A DNA stretch of 64,000 nucleotides from Escherichia coli (GCF_003019035.1 NZ_CP027447.1), one strand, 5' to 3'. Positions 42,582-53,834 are shown, numbered from the stretch's first letter. Notes: generated by a model not told the origin, from the sequence alone. Numbers and translations are program-made.

Positions 42582-43841
42582 ATGACACGGGCCGTGAAAC
42601 CGCGCAGGTTTGCAATCAGGCCCATCATCTACGCCAGCGTTCTGAGCGCTGGCGTATTGTTGTGCGCCTTTTCCGCCCACGCGGATGAGCGTGACCAACT
42701 CAAATCCATTCAGGCTGACATCGCCGCGAAAGAGCGCGCGGTACGCCAAAAGCAACAACAACGCGCAAGCCTGCTCGCACAATTGAAAAAGCAGGAAGAA
42801 GCGATCTCGGAAGCCACCCGTAAGCTGCGTGAAACGCAAAACACCCTCAATCAACTGAATCAACAGATTGATGAGATGAACGCGTCGATTGCGAAGCTGG
42901 AGCAGCAAAAAGCCGCCCAGGAACGCAGCCTCGCCGCACAACTGGATGCCGCATTCCGTCAGGGCGAGCATACTGGTATTCAGCTGATTCTTAGCGGTGA
43001 AGAAAGCCAGCGCGGTCAGCGCTTACAGGCTTATTTCGGCTATCTCAACCAGGCGCGACAAGAAACCATTGCTCAGTTGAAGCAAACGCGTGAAGAAGTC
43101 GCTATGCAGCGTGCCGAACTGGAAGAGAAACAGAGCGAGCAACAAACGCTTTTATATGAGCAGCGCGCCCAACAAGCGAAGCTAACCCAGGCGCTGAGCG
43201 AGCGTAAAAAGACGCTGGCAGGGCTGGAGTCTTCCATCCAGCAAGGTCAGCAACAGTTGAGCGAGCTGCGCGCCAACGAATCCCGCCTGCGTAACAGCAT
43301 TGCCCGTGCGGAAGCTGCGGCGAAAGCGCGTGCTGAACGTGAAGCGCGCGAAGCCCAGGCGGTTCGCGACCGCCAGAAAGAAGCGACGCGCAAAGGCACC
43401 ACCTACAAACCGACCGAAAGCGAAAAATCGCTGATGTCCCGAACTGGTGGCCTGGGTGCGCCGCGTGGTCAGGCATTCTGGCCGGTTCGCGGGCCGACGC
43501 TGCATCGCTATGGTGAACAGCTACAGGGCGAACTACGCTGGAAAGGAATGGTTATCGGTGCCTCTGAAGGTACTGAAGTTAAAGCGATTGCCGACGGCCG
43601 GGTGATTCTGGCTGACTGGCTGCAAGGCTACGGTCTGGTGGTGGTGGTTGAGCACGGTAAAGGCGACATGAGTCTTTACGGCTATAATCAGAGCGCACTG
43701 GTGAGCGTTGGTTCGCAGGTTCGCGCGGGCCAGCCAATTGCACTGGTGGGCAGCAGTGGCGGTCAGGGTCGGCCTTCACTCTATTTCGAAATTCGCCGCC
43801 AGGGTCAGGCGGTCAATCCACAGCCGTGGTTGGGAAGATAA
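42582..43841 (+). CDS. envC: Murein hydrolase (amidase) activator EnvC
   Basis: 419 aa from MTRAVKPRRFAIRPIIYASVLSAGVLLCAFSAHA. It has a signal peptide, a Q/A/E-rich coiled coil and a C-terminal LytM/M23-like domain (GLVVVVEHGKGDMSLYGYNQ, LYFEIRRQGQAVNP). Confidence 0.93.
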   Translation: MTRAVKPRRFAIRPIIYASVLSAGVLLCAFSAHADERDQLKSIQADIAAKERAVRQKQQQRASLLAQLKKQEEAISEATRKLRETQNTLNQLNQQIDEMNASIAKLEQQKAAQERSLAAQLDAAFRQGEHTGIQLILSGEESQRGQRLQAYFGYLNQARQETIAQLKQTREEVAMQRAELEEKQSEQQTLLYEQRAQQAKLTQALSERKKTLAGLESSIQQGQQQLSELRANESRLRNSIARAEAAAKARAEREAREAQAVRDRQKEATRKGTTYKPTESEKSLMSRTGGLGAPRGQAFWPVRGPTLHRYGEQLQGELRWKGMVIGASEGTEVKAIADGRVILADWLQGYGLVVVVEHGKGDMSLYGYNQSALVSVGSQVRAGQPIALVGSSGGQGRPSLYFEIRRQGQAVNPQPWLGR

Positions 43842-43844
43842 GTT

Positions 43845-44804
43845 TTGTTTCCATTTCGTCGTAACGTTCTTGCATTTGCCGCTCTGTTGGCGCTCTCCTC
43901 CCCCGTAATTGCTGGCAAACTTGCCATCGTCATTGATGATTTTGGGTATCGCCCGCACAACGAAAACCAGGTGCTGGCGATGCCTTCCGCTATCTCCGTC
44001 GCTGTATTACCCGATTCACCGCACGCCAGAGAGATGGCGACCAAAGCGCATAACAGCGGTCACGAAGTGTTGATTCATCTCCCGATGGCACCGTTGAGTA
44101 AACAGCCGCTGGAGAAAAATACGCTGCGCCCGGAGATGAGCAGCGACGAAATTGAGCGCATTATTCGTAGTGCGGTCAATAACGTGCCCTATGCCGTGGG
44201 GATCAATAACCACATGGGCAGCAAGATGACCTCTAACCTGTTTGGTATGCAGAAAGTGATGCAGGCGCTGGAGCGTTACAATCTTTACTTCCTCGACAGC
44301 GTAACCATCGGTAATACCCAGGCGATGCGCGCCGCGCAAGGCACTGGCGTGAAGGTGATCAAACGGAAGGTGTTCCTCGACGATTCGCAGAACGAAGCGG
44401 ACATCCGTGTACAGTTTAATCGCGCAATTGACCTGGCGCGTCGCAACGGATCAACCATTGCCATTGGGCATCCTCACCCTTCAACGGTACGCGTGCTACA
44501 ACAGATGGTTTATAACCTGCCGCCAGACATTACGCTGGTGAAAGCCAGCAGCTTGCTGAATGAACCGCAGGTTGATACGTCTACACCGCCGAAAAACACT
44601 GTGCCCGACGCACCGCGTAATCCGTTCCGTGGCGTGAAGCTCTGCAAACCGAAGAAACCGCTGGAACCTGTTTATGCTAATCGCTTCTTTGAAGTATTAA
44701 GCGAAAGCATCAGCCAGAGCACGCTGATCGTTTACTTCCAGCATCAGTGGCAAGGCTGGGGCAAACAGCCTGAAGCGGCGAAGCTTAACGCTAGCGCAAA
44801 TTAA
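43845..44804 (+). CDS. yibQ: Divergent polysaccharide deacetylase family protein YibQ
   Basis: 319 aa. It has a signal peptide (MFPFRRNVLAFAALLALSSPVIAG) followed by LAIVIDDFGY, typical of YibQ/DUF610. Confidence 0.88.
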   Translation: MFPFRRNVLAFAALLALSSPVIAGKLAIVIDDFGYRPHNENQVLAMPSAISVAVLPDSPHAREMATKAHNSGHEVLIHLPMAPLSKQPLEKNTLRPEMSSDEIERIIRSAVNNVPYAVGINNHMGSKMTSNLFGMQKVMQALERYNLYFLDSVTIGNTQAMRAAQGTGVKVIKRKVFLDDSQNEADIRVQFNRAIDLARRNGSTIAIGHPHPSTVRVLQQMVYNLPPDITLVKASSLLNEPQVDTSTPPKNTVPDAPRNPFRGVKLCKPKKPLEPVYANRFFEVLSESISQSTLIVYFQHQWQGWGKQPEAAKLNASAN

Positions 44805-45825
44805 AGGCGCTACGCGTAATGCGATGGTGCGACCGCGTTTTGTCGCGCCATTGCCATAAGCGAAAAGACCACAGTAACGCCTGATAACCCACCTTCACGC
44901 TGCGCACATTGGTAATCAGGCGCTTATACATACCGGAAGTAAATATCTCGGCAATCATCCGTTGGCGGGTAAGAATATCCGGCTCTTTGCGCACCGCATG
45001 GCAAACACGCAATGCTTCGTAAGTTATTTGCTGATGAAATTCCGGATAAATCGTAATTTTGTCAGCATAATTTCGATTTAATTTCTCCAGCAGGCGGGTA
45101 ATCTTAATATAGTGACGTTGATAATTAAGGTTTTTGTTCCCTTGTCTGTTCAACCGACTCACTGACGTATTATGCAGATAATATTTATATAATGATTGCT
45201 CGGTATATCGCGCACGCAGCGCGTTAAACATAAATTCTGTTGTCCAGACAATATCCTGATGATGTAATCCGGCAATAAATTTAATGTTATTTTTAACAAT
45301 AACATCGCGGCGATAAACCCCCATCCAGACCACGTGTGTCCAACGGCGGGAAGAAAGCCCCATCCGCAGCCAGTCCGGACCGGTTAATACACCGGTTGAG
45401 CGAAGGCGATCGGTAGGGATGGATTGCCAGGTTTCACCCGTTTCACGAAAACACCAATCAGCGTTGCACTGCGCCACGTCGAGGTCGTCCTCTAACGCCA
45501 TGGTCATCAGCGTTTCGTACATGGTGGGATACACCTCATCGTCAGCATCGACAAAAGCGACATATTTTCCCGTTGCCACCTCGATCCCACGATTACGCGC
45601 CACCGATGCGCCAGCATTCGCCTGATGCAACAAACGAACGTGCGGATAGTTTTCTGCGTAATGCTTTGCTATTTCAACAGAATTATCCGTTGAACCATCG
45701 TTAATAATAATGATTTCCAGAGCAGTCCATGTTTGCGCAATTAAAGATTCCATACAAGTGCGGAAATCATTGCCCGCATTATATAACGGAATAATAACAC
45801 TAAGTTTATTGGTGCTGTTCATCAT
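44791..45825 (-). CDS. waaH: GT2-family glycosyltransferase WaaH (YibD; LPS core glucuronic acid transferase)
   Basis: 344 aa. MMNSTNKLSVIIPLYNAG...IIIINDGSTDNS...FVDADD contains the GT-A DxD motifs. Its 3' end overlaps the yibQ 3' end by 14 nt (convergent genes). Confidence 0.85.
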   Translation of the reverse strand: MMNSTNKLSVIIPLYNAGNDFRTCMESLIAQTWTALEIIIINDGSTDNSVEIAKHYAENYPHVRLLHQANAGASVARNRGIEVATGKYVAFVDADDEVYPTMYETLMTMALEDDLDVAQCNADWCFRETGETWQSIPTDRLRSTGVLTGPDWLRMGLSSRRWTHVVWMGVYRRDVIVKNNIKFIAGLHHQDIVWTTEFMFNALRARYTEQSLYKYYLHNTSVSRLNRQGNKNLNYQRHYIKITRLLEKLNRNYADKITIYPEFHQQITYEALRVCHAVRKEPDILTRQRMIAEIFTSGMYKRLITNVRSVKVGYQALLWSFRLWQWRDKTRSHHRITRSAFNLR

Positions 45826-46030
45826 AAATTACCGACGACCTCTGAAGTTATCCTGACGTTTTACAGGCTTTGTATTAAGAAACTATTAAGCCTGTGAGAT
45901 ATTATTTTTACCGGTGAGAGAGTCACGTCAGGGTAGAGAGATAATGAGAGCAGCTATATAAGAGATCAGCGCAATTACGATATCTTGATTACACTGACAG
46001 GATTTTACATATTTAACGGATTATCCTCAG

Positions 46031-46056
46031 GCAAAAGGGCTGGAATACCAGCCCTT
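46031..46056 (-). terminator. Rho-independent terminator downstream of tdh
   Basis: On the minus strand, AGGGCUGG-(uauu)-CCAGCCCU is followed by UUUGCC, starting 8 nt after the tdh stop. Confidence 0.7.
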
Positions 46057-46063
46057 GTTCGTG

Positions 46064-47089
46064 TTAATCCCAGCTCAGAATAACTTTCCCGGACTGGCCC
46101 GAACGCATAGCGTCAAAGCCCTTCTGGAAATCATCGATAGAGAAACGATGGGTAATGATCGGCGAGAGATCGAGGCCAGACTGAATCAGCGCCGCCATCT
46201 TGTACCAGGTTTCAAACATCTCACGACCGTAAATACCTTTAATGAACAAGCCTTTAAAGATTACTTTGGTCCAGTCGATAGACATATCGGACGGTGGAAT
46301 ACCCAGCATCGCAATACGACCGCCGTGGTTCATGGTGTCGAGCATGGTACGAAACGCTGGCGGCGCACCGGACATTTCCAGACCGACATCAAAGCCTTCG
46401 GTCATGCCCAGTTCTGTCATCACATCATTAAGGTTTTCTTTCGCGACGTTAACCGCACGGGTGATACCCATTTTACGCGCCAGCTCAAGGCGGTATTCGT
46501 TAACATCAGTAATCACCACGTTACGTGCACCAACGTGTTTCGCCACCGCCGCCGCCATAATACCAATCGGGCCTGCACCAGAGACCAGCACATCCTCGCC
46601 CACCAGATCAAACGACAGCGCGGTATGCACGGCGTTACCGAAGGGATCAAAAATGGAAGCCAGATCATCGGAGATATTGTCGGGGATTTTGAAAGCGTTG
46701 AACGCCGGAATCACCAGATACTCGGCGAAGCAGCCCGGACGGTTAACGCCGACGCCGATCGTGTTGCGGCACAGATGGGTACGACCGCCACGACAATTGC
46801 GACAGTGACCGCAGGTGATATGGCCTTCGCCAGAAACGCGATCGCCAATCTTGAAGCCTTTCACTTCCTGACCAATACCTACCACTTCACCGACATATTC
46901 ATGGCCCACGACCATCGGCACCGGGATGGTTTTTTGCGACCACTCATCCCAGTTATAGATGTGAACGTCAGTCCCGCAGATGGCTGTTTTACGGATTTTA
47001 ATCAGCAGATCGTTATGCCCGAGTTCCGGTACAGGAACGTCGGTCATCCAGATGCCCTCTTCCGCTTTCAGTTTGGATAACGCTTTCAT
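46064..47089 (-). CDS. tdh: L-threonine 3-dehydrogenase
   Basis: 341 aa, [45 protein letters not shown]. It belongs to the Zn-dependent MDR family. Confidence 0.96.
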   Translation of the reverse strand: MKALSKLKAEEGIWMTDVPVPELGHNDLLIKIRKTAICGTDVHIYNWDEWSQKTIPVPMVVGHEYVGEVVGIGQEVKGFKIGDRVSGEGHITCGHCRNCRGGRTHLCRNTIGVGVNRPGCFAEYLVIPAFNAFKIPDNISDDLASIFDPFGNAVHTALSFDLVGEDVLVSGAGPIGIMAAAVAKHVGARNVVITDVNEYRLELARKMGITRAVNVAKENLNDVMTELGMTEGFDVGLEMSGAPPAFRTMLDTMNHGGRIAMLGIPPSDMSIDWTKVIFKGLFIKGIYGREMFETWYKMAALIQSGLDLSPIITHRFSIDDFQKGFDAMRSGQSGKVILSWD

Positions 47090-47098
47090 CTCACATCC

Positions 47099-48295
47099 TC
47101 AGGCGATAACGCCCAGTTGTTTACCAATACGCGTGAATGCTTCTACTGCACGCGTAATTTGCTCAGGGGTATGCGCCGCAGACATCTGGGTACGAATACG
47201 CGCCTGACCTTTCGGAACGACCGGATAGAAGAAACCGGTGACGTAAATGCCCTCTTTTTGCAGCTCACGGGCAAATTTCTGCGCCACTACCGCATCGCCA
47301 AGCATGACCGGAATAATGGCGTGATCGGCTCCCGACAGGGTAAAGCCCGCCGCCGACATTTGCTCACGGAACTGACGCGCGTTCGCCCACAGACGGTCAC
47401 GCAGCTCGCTACCCGCTTCAACCATCTCCAGCACTTTGATGGAAGCGGCAACAATGGCCGGTGCCAGCGAGTTGGAGAACAGGTACGGACGAGAACGCTG
47501 GCGCAGCCACTCAACCACTTCTTTGCGCGCCGCGGTATAACCACCAGAAGCCCCGCCCAATGCTTTACCCAACGTACCGGTAATGATGTCTACACGCCCC
47601 ATCACATCGCAGTATTCATGGGAACCACGACCATTTTCACCGACAAAACCGACCGCGTGGGAGTCGTCTACCATCACCAGGGCATCGTATTTATCTGCCA
47701 GATCGCAAACGCCCTTCAGGTTGGCAATCACGCCGTCCATCGAGAACACACCATCGGTGGCAATCAGCACATGACGCGCACCGGCTTCACGCGCTTCTTT
47801 CAGACGTGCTTCCAGCTCCTGCATATCGTTGTTGGCATAGCGATAGCGTTTAGCTTTACACAGACGCACACCATCAATAATAGACGCGTGGTTCAGTGCG
47901 TCGGAGATAATGGCGTCTTCCGCGCCCAACAGCGTTTCAAACAGGCCACCGTTAGCATCAAAGCAGGAAGAGTAGAGAATCGCATCTTCCATCCCCAGGA
48001 ATGCCGCCAGTTTCTGTTCAAGCTCTTTATGGCTGTCCTGAGTGCCGCAAATAAAACGCACCGAAGCCATGCCGAAACCGTGAGAATCCATTCCCGCCTT
48101 TGCCGCCGCAATCAGATCCGGATGATTCGCCAGCCCGAGATAGTTGTTGGCACAAAAGTTAATGACGTGGCTTCCATCAGCCACAGTGATATCTGCTTGC
48201 TGCGCAGACGTAATAATGCGCTCTTCTTTAAACAACCCTTCCGCCCGTGCGGTTTCCAGATCGTTGGTTAACTGCTGATAAAATTCTCCACGCAT
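47099..48295 (-). CDS. kbl: 2-amino-3-ketobutyrate CoA ligase (glycine C-acetyltransferase)
   Basis: 398 aa, [32 protein letters not shown].... The PLP-lysine region is [10 protein letters not shown]. Confidence 0.96.
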   Translation of the reverse strand: MRGEFYQQLTNDLETARAEGLFKEERIITSAQQADITVADGSHVINFCANNYLGLANHPDLIAAAKAGMDSHGFGMASVRFICGTQDSHKELEQKLAAFLGMEDAILYSSCFDANGGLFETLLGAEDAIISDALNHASIIDGVRLCKAKRYRYANNDMQELEARLKEAREAGARHVLIATDGVFSMDGVIANLKGVCDLADKYDALVMVDDSHAVGFVGENGRGSHEYCDVMGRVDIITGTLGKALGGASGGYTAARKEVVEWLRQRSRPYLFSNSLAPAIVAASIKVLEMVEAGSELRDRLWANARQFREQMSAAGFTLSGADHAIIPVMLGDAVVAQKFARELQKEGIYVTGFFYPVVPKGQARIRTQMSAAHTPEQITRAVEAFTRIGKQLGVIA

Positions 48296-48508
48296 TGCGA
48301 TTCTCCAGACAGGGCAAATTCCAGCACATATTACCCAAACTTATAGGTCGCGACGAGATGACGCATTAACACTTCTGCAAAATTCAGGATAAATAACGTC
48401 CATCAATCTCACTTTTGGCGAATGGCTGAAGCCAACGCCGTGTAGTGATATGATAGAAGTATTCGTGTCTGAGATTGTCTCTGACTCCATAATTCGAAGG
48501 TTACAGTT

Positions 48509-49441
48509 ATGATCATCGTTACCGGCGGCGCGGGCTTTATCGGCAGCAACATCGTTAAGGCCCTGAATGATAAAGGCATCACCGATATTCTGGTGGTGGA
48601 CAACCTGAAAGACGGCACCAAGTTTGTGAACCTGGTGGATCTGGATATCGCGGACTATATGGATAAGGAAGACTTCCTGATCCAGATTATGGCTGGCGAA
48701 GAGTTCGGCGATGTCGAAGCGATTTTCCACGAAGGCGCGTGCTCTTCCACCACCGAGTGGGACGGCAAGTATATGATGGATAACAACTATCAATACTCCA
48801 AAGAGCTGCTGCACTACTGCCTGGAGCGCGAAATCCCGTTCCTGTACGCCTCTTCTGCAGCCACTTACGGCGGTCGCACCTCCGACTTTATTGAATCCCG
48901 CGAATATGAAAAACCGTTGAATGTCTACGGTTACTCAAAATTCCTGTTTGATGAATATGTTCGCCAAATCCTGCCGGAAGCCAACTCGCAGATTGTTGGC
49001 TTCCGCTATTTCAACGTTTATGGACCGCGTGAAGGCCATAAAGGCAGCATGGCGAGCGTCGCTTTCCATCTCAACACTCAGCTTAACAACGGTGAATCGC
49101 CGAAGCTGTTCGAAGGTAGCGAGAACTTCAAACGCGACTTCGTTTACGTAGGCGACGTGGCAGATGTAAACCTGTGGTTCCTGGAAAATGGCGTTTCCGG
49201 TATCTTCAACCTCGGTACTGGTCGTGCGGAATCCTTCCAGGCGGTAGCCGATGCAACGCTTGCTTATCACAAGAAAGGCCAGATCGAATACATTCCGTTC
49301 CCGGATAAACTGAAAGGCCGCTATCAGGCGTTCACTCAGGCAGATCTGACAAATCTGCGCGCGGCGGGTTACGACAAACCGTTCAAAACCGTTGCTGAAG
49401 GTGTAACGGAATACATGGCCTGGCTGAATCGCGACGCATAA
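48509..49441 (+). CDS. hldD: ADP-L-glycero-D-manno-heptose 6-epimerase
   Basis: 310 aa. [23 protein letters not shown] is the SDR Rossmann motif. Confidence 0.96.
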
Positions 49442-49450
49442 GAGCTCTGC

Positions 49451-50497
49451 ATGAAAATACTGGTGATCGGCCCGTCTTGGGTTGGCGACATGATGATGTC
49501 GCAAAGTCTCTATCGCACGCTCCAGGCGCGCTATCCCCAGGCGATAATCGACGTGATGGCACCGGCATGGTGCCGTCCATTATTATCGCGGATGCCGGAA
49601 GTTAACGAAGCGATCCCTATGCCTCTCGGTCACGGAGCGCTGGAAATCGGCGAACGCCGCAAACTGGGTCATAGTCTGCGTGAAAAGCGCTACGACCGCG
49701 CCTACGTCTTACCTAACTCCTTCAAATCCGCATTAGTGCCTTTCTTCGCAGGTATTCCTCATCGCACCGGCTGGCGCGGCGAGATGCGCTACGGTTTACT
49801 CAACGATGTACGCGTGCTCGATAAAGAAGCCTGGCCGCTAATGGTGGAACGCTATGTCGCGCTGGCCTATGACAAAGGCATTATGCGTACAGCACAAGAT
49901 CTGCCGCAGCCATTGTTATGGCCGCAGTTGCAGGTGAGCGAAGGTGAAAAATCATATACCTGTAATCAGTTTTCGCTCTCATCAGAACGTCCGATGATTG
50001 GCTTTTGCCCCGGAGCGGAGTTTGGTCCGGCAAAACGCTGGCCACACTACCACTATGCGGAGCTGGCAAAGCAGCTGATTGATGAAGGTTATCAGGTGGT
50101 TCTGTTTGGCTCGGCGAAAGATCATGAAGCGGGCAATGAGATTCTTGCCGCTTTGAATACCGAGCAGCAGGCATGGTGTCGGAATCTGGCGGGAGAAACA
50201 CAGCTCGATCAAGCGGTTATCCTGATTGCAGCCTGTAAGGCCATTGTCACTAACGATTCTGGTCTGATGCACGTTGCGGCGGCGCTCAATCGTCCGCTGG
50301 TTGCCTTGTATGGTCCGAGTAGCCCGGACTTCACACCGCCGCTATCCCATAAAGCACGCGTGATCCGCCTGATTACCGGCTATCACAAAGTGCGTAAAGG
50401 TGACGCAGCGGAGGGTTATCACCAGAGCTTAATCGACATTACTCCCCAGCGCGTACTGGAAGAACTCAACGCGCTATTGTTACAAGAGGAAGCCTGA
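49451..50497 (+). CDS. waaF: LPS heptosyltransferase II
   Basis: 348 aa, MKILVIGPSWVGDMMMSQSLYRTLQARYP. It belongs to the GT9 family. Confidence 0.94.
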   Translation: MKILVIGPSWVGDMMMSQSLYRTLQARYPQAIIDVMAPAWCRPLLSRMPEVNEAIPMPLGHGALEIGERRKLGHSLREKRYDRAYVLPNSFKSALVPFFAGIPHRTGWRGEMRYGLLNDVRVLDKEAWPLMVERYVALAYDKGIMRTAQDLPQPLLWPQLQVSEGEKSYTCNQFSLSSERPMIGFCPGAEFGPAKRWPHYHYAELAKQLIDEGYQVVLFGSAKDHEAGNEILAALNTEQQAWCRNLAGETQLDQAVILIAACKAIVTNDSGLMHVAAALNRPLVALYGPSSPDFTPPLSHKARVIRLITGYHKVRKGDAAEGYHQSLIDITPQRVLEELNALLLQEEA

Positions 50498-50500
50498 CGG

Positions 50501-51460
50501 ATGCGGGTTCTGATCGTTAAAACATCGTCGATGGGCGATGTTCTCCACACGCTGCCCGCACTCACTGATGCCCAGCAGGCAATCCCAGGGATTAAGTTTG
50601 ACTGGGTGGTGGAAGAAGGGTTCGCACAGATTCCTTCCTGGCACGCCGCCGTTGAGCGAGTTATTCCTGTGGCAATACGTCGCTGGCGTAAAGCCTGGTT
50701 CTCGGCCCCCATAAAAGCTGAACGCAAAGCGTTTCGTGAAGCGCTACAAGTAGAGAACTATGACGCAGTTATCGATGCTCAGGGGCTGGTAAAAAGCGCG
50801 GCGCTGGTGACGCGTCTGGCGCATGGCGTAAAGCATGGAATGGACTGGCAAACCGCTCGCGAACCACTGGCAAGCTTGTTTTACAATCGTAAGCATCATA
50901 TTGCAAAACAGCAGCACGCCGTAGAACGCACCCGCGAACTGTTTGCCAAAAGTCTGGGCTATAGCAAACCACAAACCCAGGGCGATTATGCTATCGCACA
51001 GCATTTCCTGACGAACCTGCCTACAGATGCTGGCGAATATGCCGTATTTCTTCATGCAACAACCCGAGATGATAAACACTGGCCGGAAGAACACTGGCGA
51101 GAATTGATTGGTTTACTGGCTGATTCAGGAATACGGATTAAACTTCCGTGGGGCGCGCCGCATGAGGAAGAACGGGCGAAACGACTGGCGGAAGGATTTG
51201 CTTATGTTGAAGTATTGCCGAAGATGAGTCTGGAAGGCGTTGCCCGCGTACTGGCTGGGGCTAAATTTGTAGTGTCGGTGGATACGGGGTTAAGCCATTT
51301 AACGGCTGCACTGGATAGACCCAATATCACGGTTTATGGACCTACCGATCCGGGACTAATTGGTGGGTATGGGAAGAATCAGATGGTTTGTAGGGCTCCG
51401 GGGAAAAGTTTAAATAATCTCAACGGTCAAGCAGTTTTGGAAAAGTTATCATCATTATAA
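50501..51460 (+). CDS. waaC: LPS heptosyltransferase I
   Basis: 319 aa, MRVLIVKTSSMGDVLHTLPALTDAQQAIPG. It belongs to the GT9 family. Confidence 0.94.
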   Translation: MRVLIVKTSSMGDVLHTLPALTDAQQAIPGIKFDWVVEEGFAQIPSWHAAVERVIPVAIRRWRKAWFSAPIKAERKAFREALQVENYDAVIDAQGLVKSAALVTRLAHGVKHGMDWQTAREPLASLFYNRKHHIAKQQHAVERTRELFAKSLGYSKPQTQGDYAIAQHFLTNLPTDAGEYAVFLHATTRDDKHWPEEHWRELIGLLADSGIRIKLPWGAPHEEERAKRLAEGFAYVEVLPKMSLEGVARVLAGAKFVVSVDTGLSHLTAALDRPNITVYGPTDPGLIGGYGKNQMVCRAPGKSLNNLNGQAVLEKLSSL

Positions 51461-51469
51461 AGGTAAAAC

Positions 51470-52735
51470 ATGCCAACCTTCATTAAACTTCATTCATGGA
51501 AACCTTACACTCTGAAATCATCTATGATTTTAGAGATAATAACTTATATATTATGTTTTTTTTCATTAATAATTGCATTCGTCGATAACACATTCAGCAT
51601 AAAGATGTATAACATCACTGCTATAACTTGCTTATTGGCGCTAATTTTACGTGGCAGACAAAAAAATTACAATATAAAAAATCTTATTCTGCCCCTTTCT
51701 ATAATTATTATAGGCTTGCTTGATTTAATTTGGTATTCTATATTTAAAGTAGATAACTCGCCATTTCGTGCTACTTACCATAGTTATTTAAATACTGCCA
51801 AAATATTTATATTTGGTTCTTTTATTGTTTTTTTAGCACTAACTAGTCAGCTAAAATATAAAAAAGAGAGTGTATTATACATTTTATATTCTCTGTCATT
51901 TATAATTGCTGGATATGCAATGTATATTAATAGCATTCATGAATATGACCGTATTTTTTTTGGTGTAGGAACGGCAACAGGAGCGGCATATTCAACAATG
52001 CTAATAGGGATAGTTAGTGGTGTTGCGATTCTTTATACTAAGAAAAACCATCCTTTTTTATTTTTATTAAATAGTTGCGCGGTACTTTATATTCTGGCGC
52101 TGACACAAACCAGAGCAACACTACTCCTGTTTCCTGTAATTTGTGCTGTTACATTAATAGCTTATTATAATAAATCACCTAAGAAATATACTTCCGCTAT
52201 TGTTCTTCTAATTGCTATATTGGCTAGTATTGTAATTATATTTAATAAACCAATACAGAATCGCTATAATGAAGCATTAAATGATTTAAACAGTTATACC
52301 AATGCTAATAGCGTGACTTCCTTAGGTGCAAGGCTGGCAATGTACGAAATTGGTTTGGATATATTCAAAAAGTCACCTTTTTCATTTAGATCTGCAGAGT
52401 CGCGCGCTGAAAGTATGAATTTGTTAGTTGCAGAACACAACAGGCTAAGAGGGGCATTGGAGTTTTCTAACGTACACCTACATAATGAGATAATTGAAGC
52501 AGCGTCACTAAAAGGTCTGATGGGGATTTTTTCCACCATTTTCCTCTATTTTTCACTATTTTATACAGCATATAAAAAACGCGCATTGGGTTTGTTGATA
52601 TTAACGCTTGGCATAGTGGGGATTGGACTCAGTGATGTAATCATATGGGCACGCAGCATTCCAATTATCGTTATATCCGCTATAGTCCTCTTGCTTGTTA
52701 TTAATAACCGCAACAATACTATTAATCAAGAATAG
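51470..52735 (+). CDS. waaL: O-antigen ligase
   Basis: 421 aa, polytopic and AT-rich. ...LKPYTLKSSMILEIITYILCFF... closely resembles the K-12-type WaaL as I recall it. The start codon choice is uncertain by a few codons. Confidence 0.88.
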   Translation: MPTFIKLHSWKPYTLKSSMILEIITYILCFFSLIIAFVDNTFSIKMYNITAITCLLALILRGRQKNYNIKNLILPLSIIIIGLLDLIWYSIFKVDNSPFRATYHSYLNTAKIFIFGSFIVFLALTSQLKYKKESVLYILYSLSFIIAGYAMYINSIHEYDRIFFGVGTATGAAYSTMLIGIVSGVAILYTKKNHPFLFLLNSCAVLYILALTQTRATLLLFPVICAVTLIAYYNKSPKKYTSAIVLLIAILASIVIIFNKPIQNRYNEALNDLNSYTNANSVTSLGARLAMYEIGLDIFKKSPFSFRSAESRAESMNLLVAEHNRLRGALEFSNVHLHNEIIEAASLKGLMGIFSTIFLYFSLFYTAYKKRALGLLILTLGIVGIGLSDVIIWARSIPIIVISAIVLLLVINNRNNTINQE

Positions 52736-52760
52736 ACAAGTTTAAGAAGTGAGTTTTAAC

Positions 52761-53834
52761 TCACTTCTTATCTATACAAATTAATCTCTTTACTGAATCA
52801 GTTAAAATTTCAGTATCGATATCTTTTATCGTAAATGTTGGAGATACTATTTGTATAGATTGATGATTATTCGGGGCCCAAATTAAATGTGAGGGATATT
52901 CTGGTGTACGTGAATTAGGATAAAATGCAAGAGTTGGTTTATGATAAGCAGTAGCGATATGAACAAGAGCAGTATCAACAGAAATGACAAAATCACTATA
53001 CTTAGTCAACGCAACAGTATAAATAAACTCGTCAAATGGTAGTGTTTCAATTTCAGGTATTGGTATTGTCAATAAATCTTGCGGTAACCCAGTAAATATC
53101 ACTCGATAATTCTCAAACTGGACTTTCACTTCTTGATATATAACTTTTATTTGCTCAAACGTAAGTCGGCATATTTTTTTTGCACCTAATGGATTAATGA
53201 TGACTATCCTTGTATTTCCAATAAAATCTATTATTTTATTTTCAACATCTACAGGCAAATGCAAGTCGTAGTCGGTGGAAAATTCACCCTCACCATAAAT
53301 ATGCTTCAGTATTTCTATTGCTCGTGTACTCATATGTTCTTTTAAACATTCATCATGGGGATGGTAAAATGAATAGTAACGCTTATACCATTGATCAAAA
53401 CCCAGAATGTAAGAATATTTTAAACTTGATAATATTAAACTATGCTTAAATGAGGGCATAGTTTCAAAGGGGTCTAATACAATATCGAACTGTAAATCCC
53501 GCAGATGCTTACATAGAGTAAGCATTTTAAGGGAACCTGTTGATTCTTTAATACAGAATCCAAATATATTTTTATTGTTAGAGAGAAACTCCCCACCCTT
53601 TCTATTTGTGAGAATAGTTATTTTAACTCCTTTACTGTAAAGCTCACGATAAATCGAACTTAATACAATTAAATCACCGAGTTTATTATTATCATGAATG
53701 ATAAGGCATGATTTAACTTGTGCGAGATCTGTAACTTGGTTATTGATTTTTTTACGAAATAAAAAAGAAAGAAAATTAATCTTGATTTTGTTTATATAAA
53801 ATCTTTTCTTTTTGTGAAAAGTTCCTAAACGCAT
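52761..53834 (-). CDS. waaU: LPS core heptosyltransferase IV-like protein (K-12 WaaU type, GT9)
   Basis: 357 aa, MRLGTFHKKKRFYINKIKINFLSFLF.... It matches my recollection of K-12 WaaU and is the last gene of the long waa operon. Confidence 0.85.
   Translation of the reverse strand: MRLGTFHKKKRFYINKIKINFLSFLFRKKINNQVTDLAQVKSCLIIHDNNKLGDLIVLSSIYRELYSKGVKITILTNRKGGEFLSNNKNIFGFCIKESTGSLKMLTLCKHLRDLQFDIVLDPFETMPSFKHSLILSSLKYSYILGFDQWYKRYYSFYHPHDECLKEHMSTRAIEILKHIYGEGEFSTDYDLHLPVDVENKIIDFIGNTRIVIINPLGAKKICRLTFEQIKVIYQEVKVQFENYRVIFTGLPQDLLTIPIPEIETLPFDEFIYTVALTKYSDFVISVDTALVHIATAYHKPTLAFYPNSRTPEYPSHLIWAPNNHQSIQIVSPTFTIKDIDTEILTDSVKRLICIDKK

Noticed and set aside
40938-42971. 360-aa and 294-aa minus-strand ORFs antisense to gpmM and envC
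   Set aside because: These are shadow ORFs opposite highly conserved genes. They have no motifs and skewed composition.
45826-46030. Looked for a PhoB box upstream of waaH (ctgtaaaacgtcagg at about 45860 and cctgtcagtg at about 46000 on the minus strand)
   Set aside because: I found only half-site-like matches with the wrong spacing. I cannot support a Pho box call by eye.
46055-48271. 341-aa and 384-aa plus-strand ORFs mirroring tdh and kbl
   Set aside because: They are almost exactly co-extensive with the well-recognised minus-strand tdh and kbl genes. The translations are His/Arg/Thr-rich nonsense.
48341-48814. 157-aa minus-strand ORF spanning the kbl-hldD spacer and the hldD 5' end, considered as a possible htrL remnant
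   Set aside because: Most of it is antisense to the conserved hldD N-terminus. The sequence has no resemblance to what I recall of HtrL and no convincing start region.
52744-52769. Perfect 10-bp hairpin AAGAAGTGAG-ttttaa-CTCACTTCTT between convergent waaL and waaU, considered as a bidirectional terminator
   Set aside because: There is no U tract on either strand, and the right arm is the last codons of waaU. It may still be structural, but a terminator call is unsupported.
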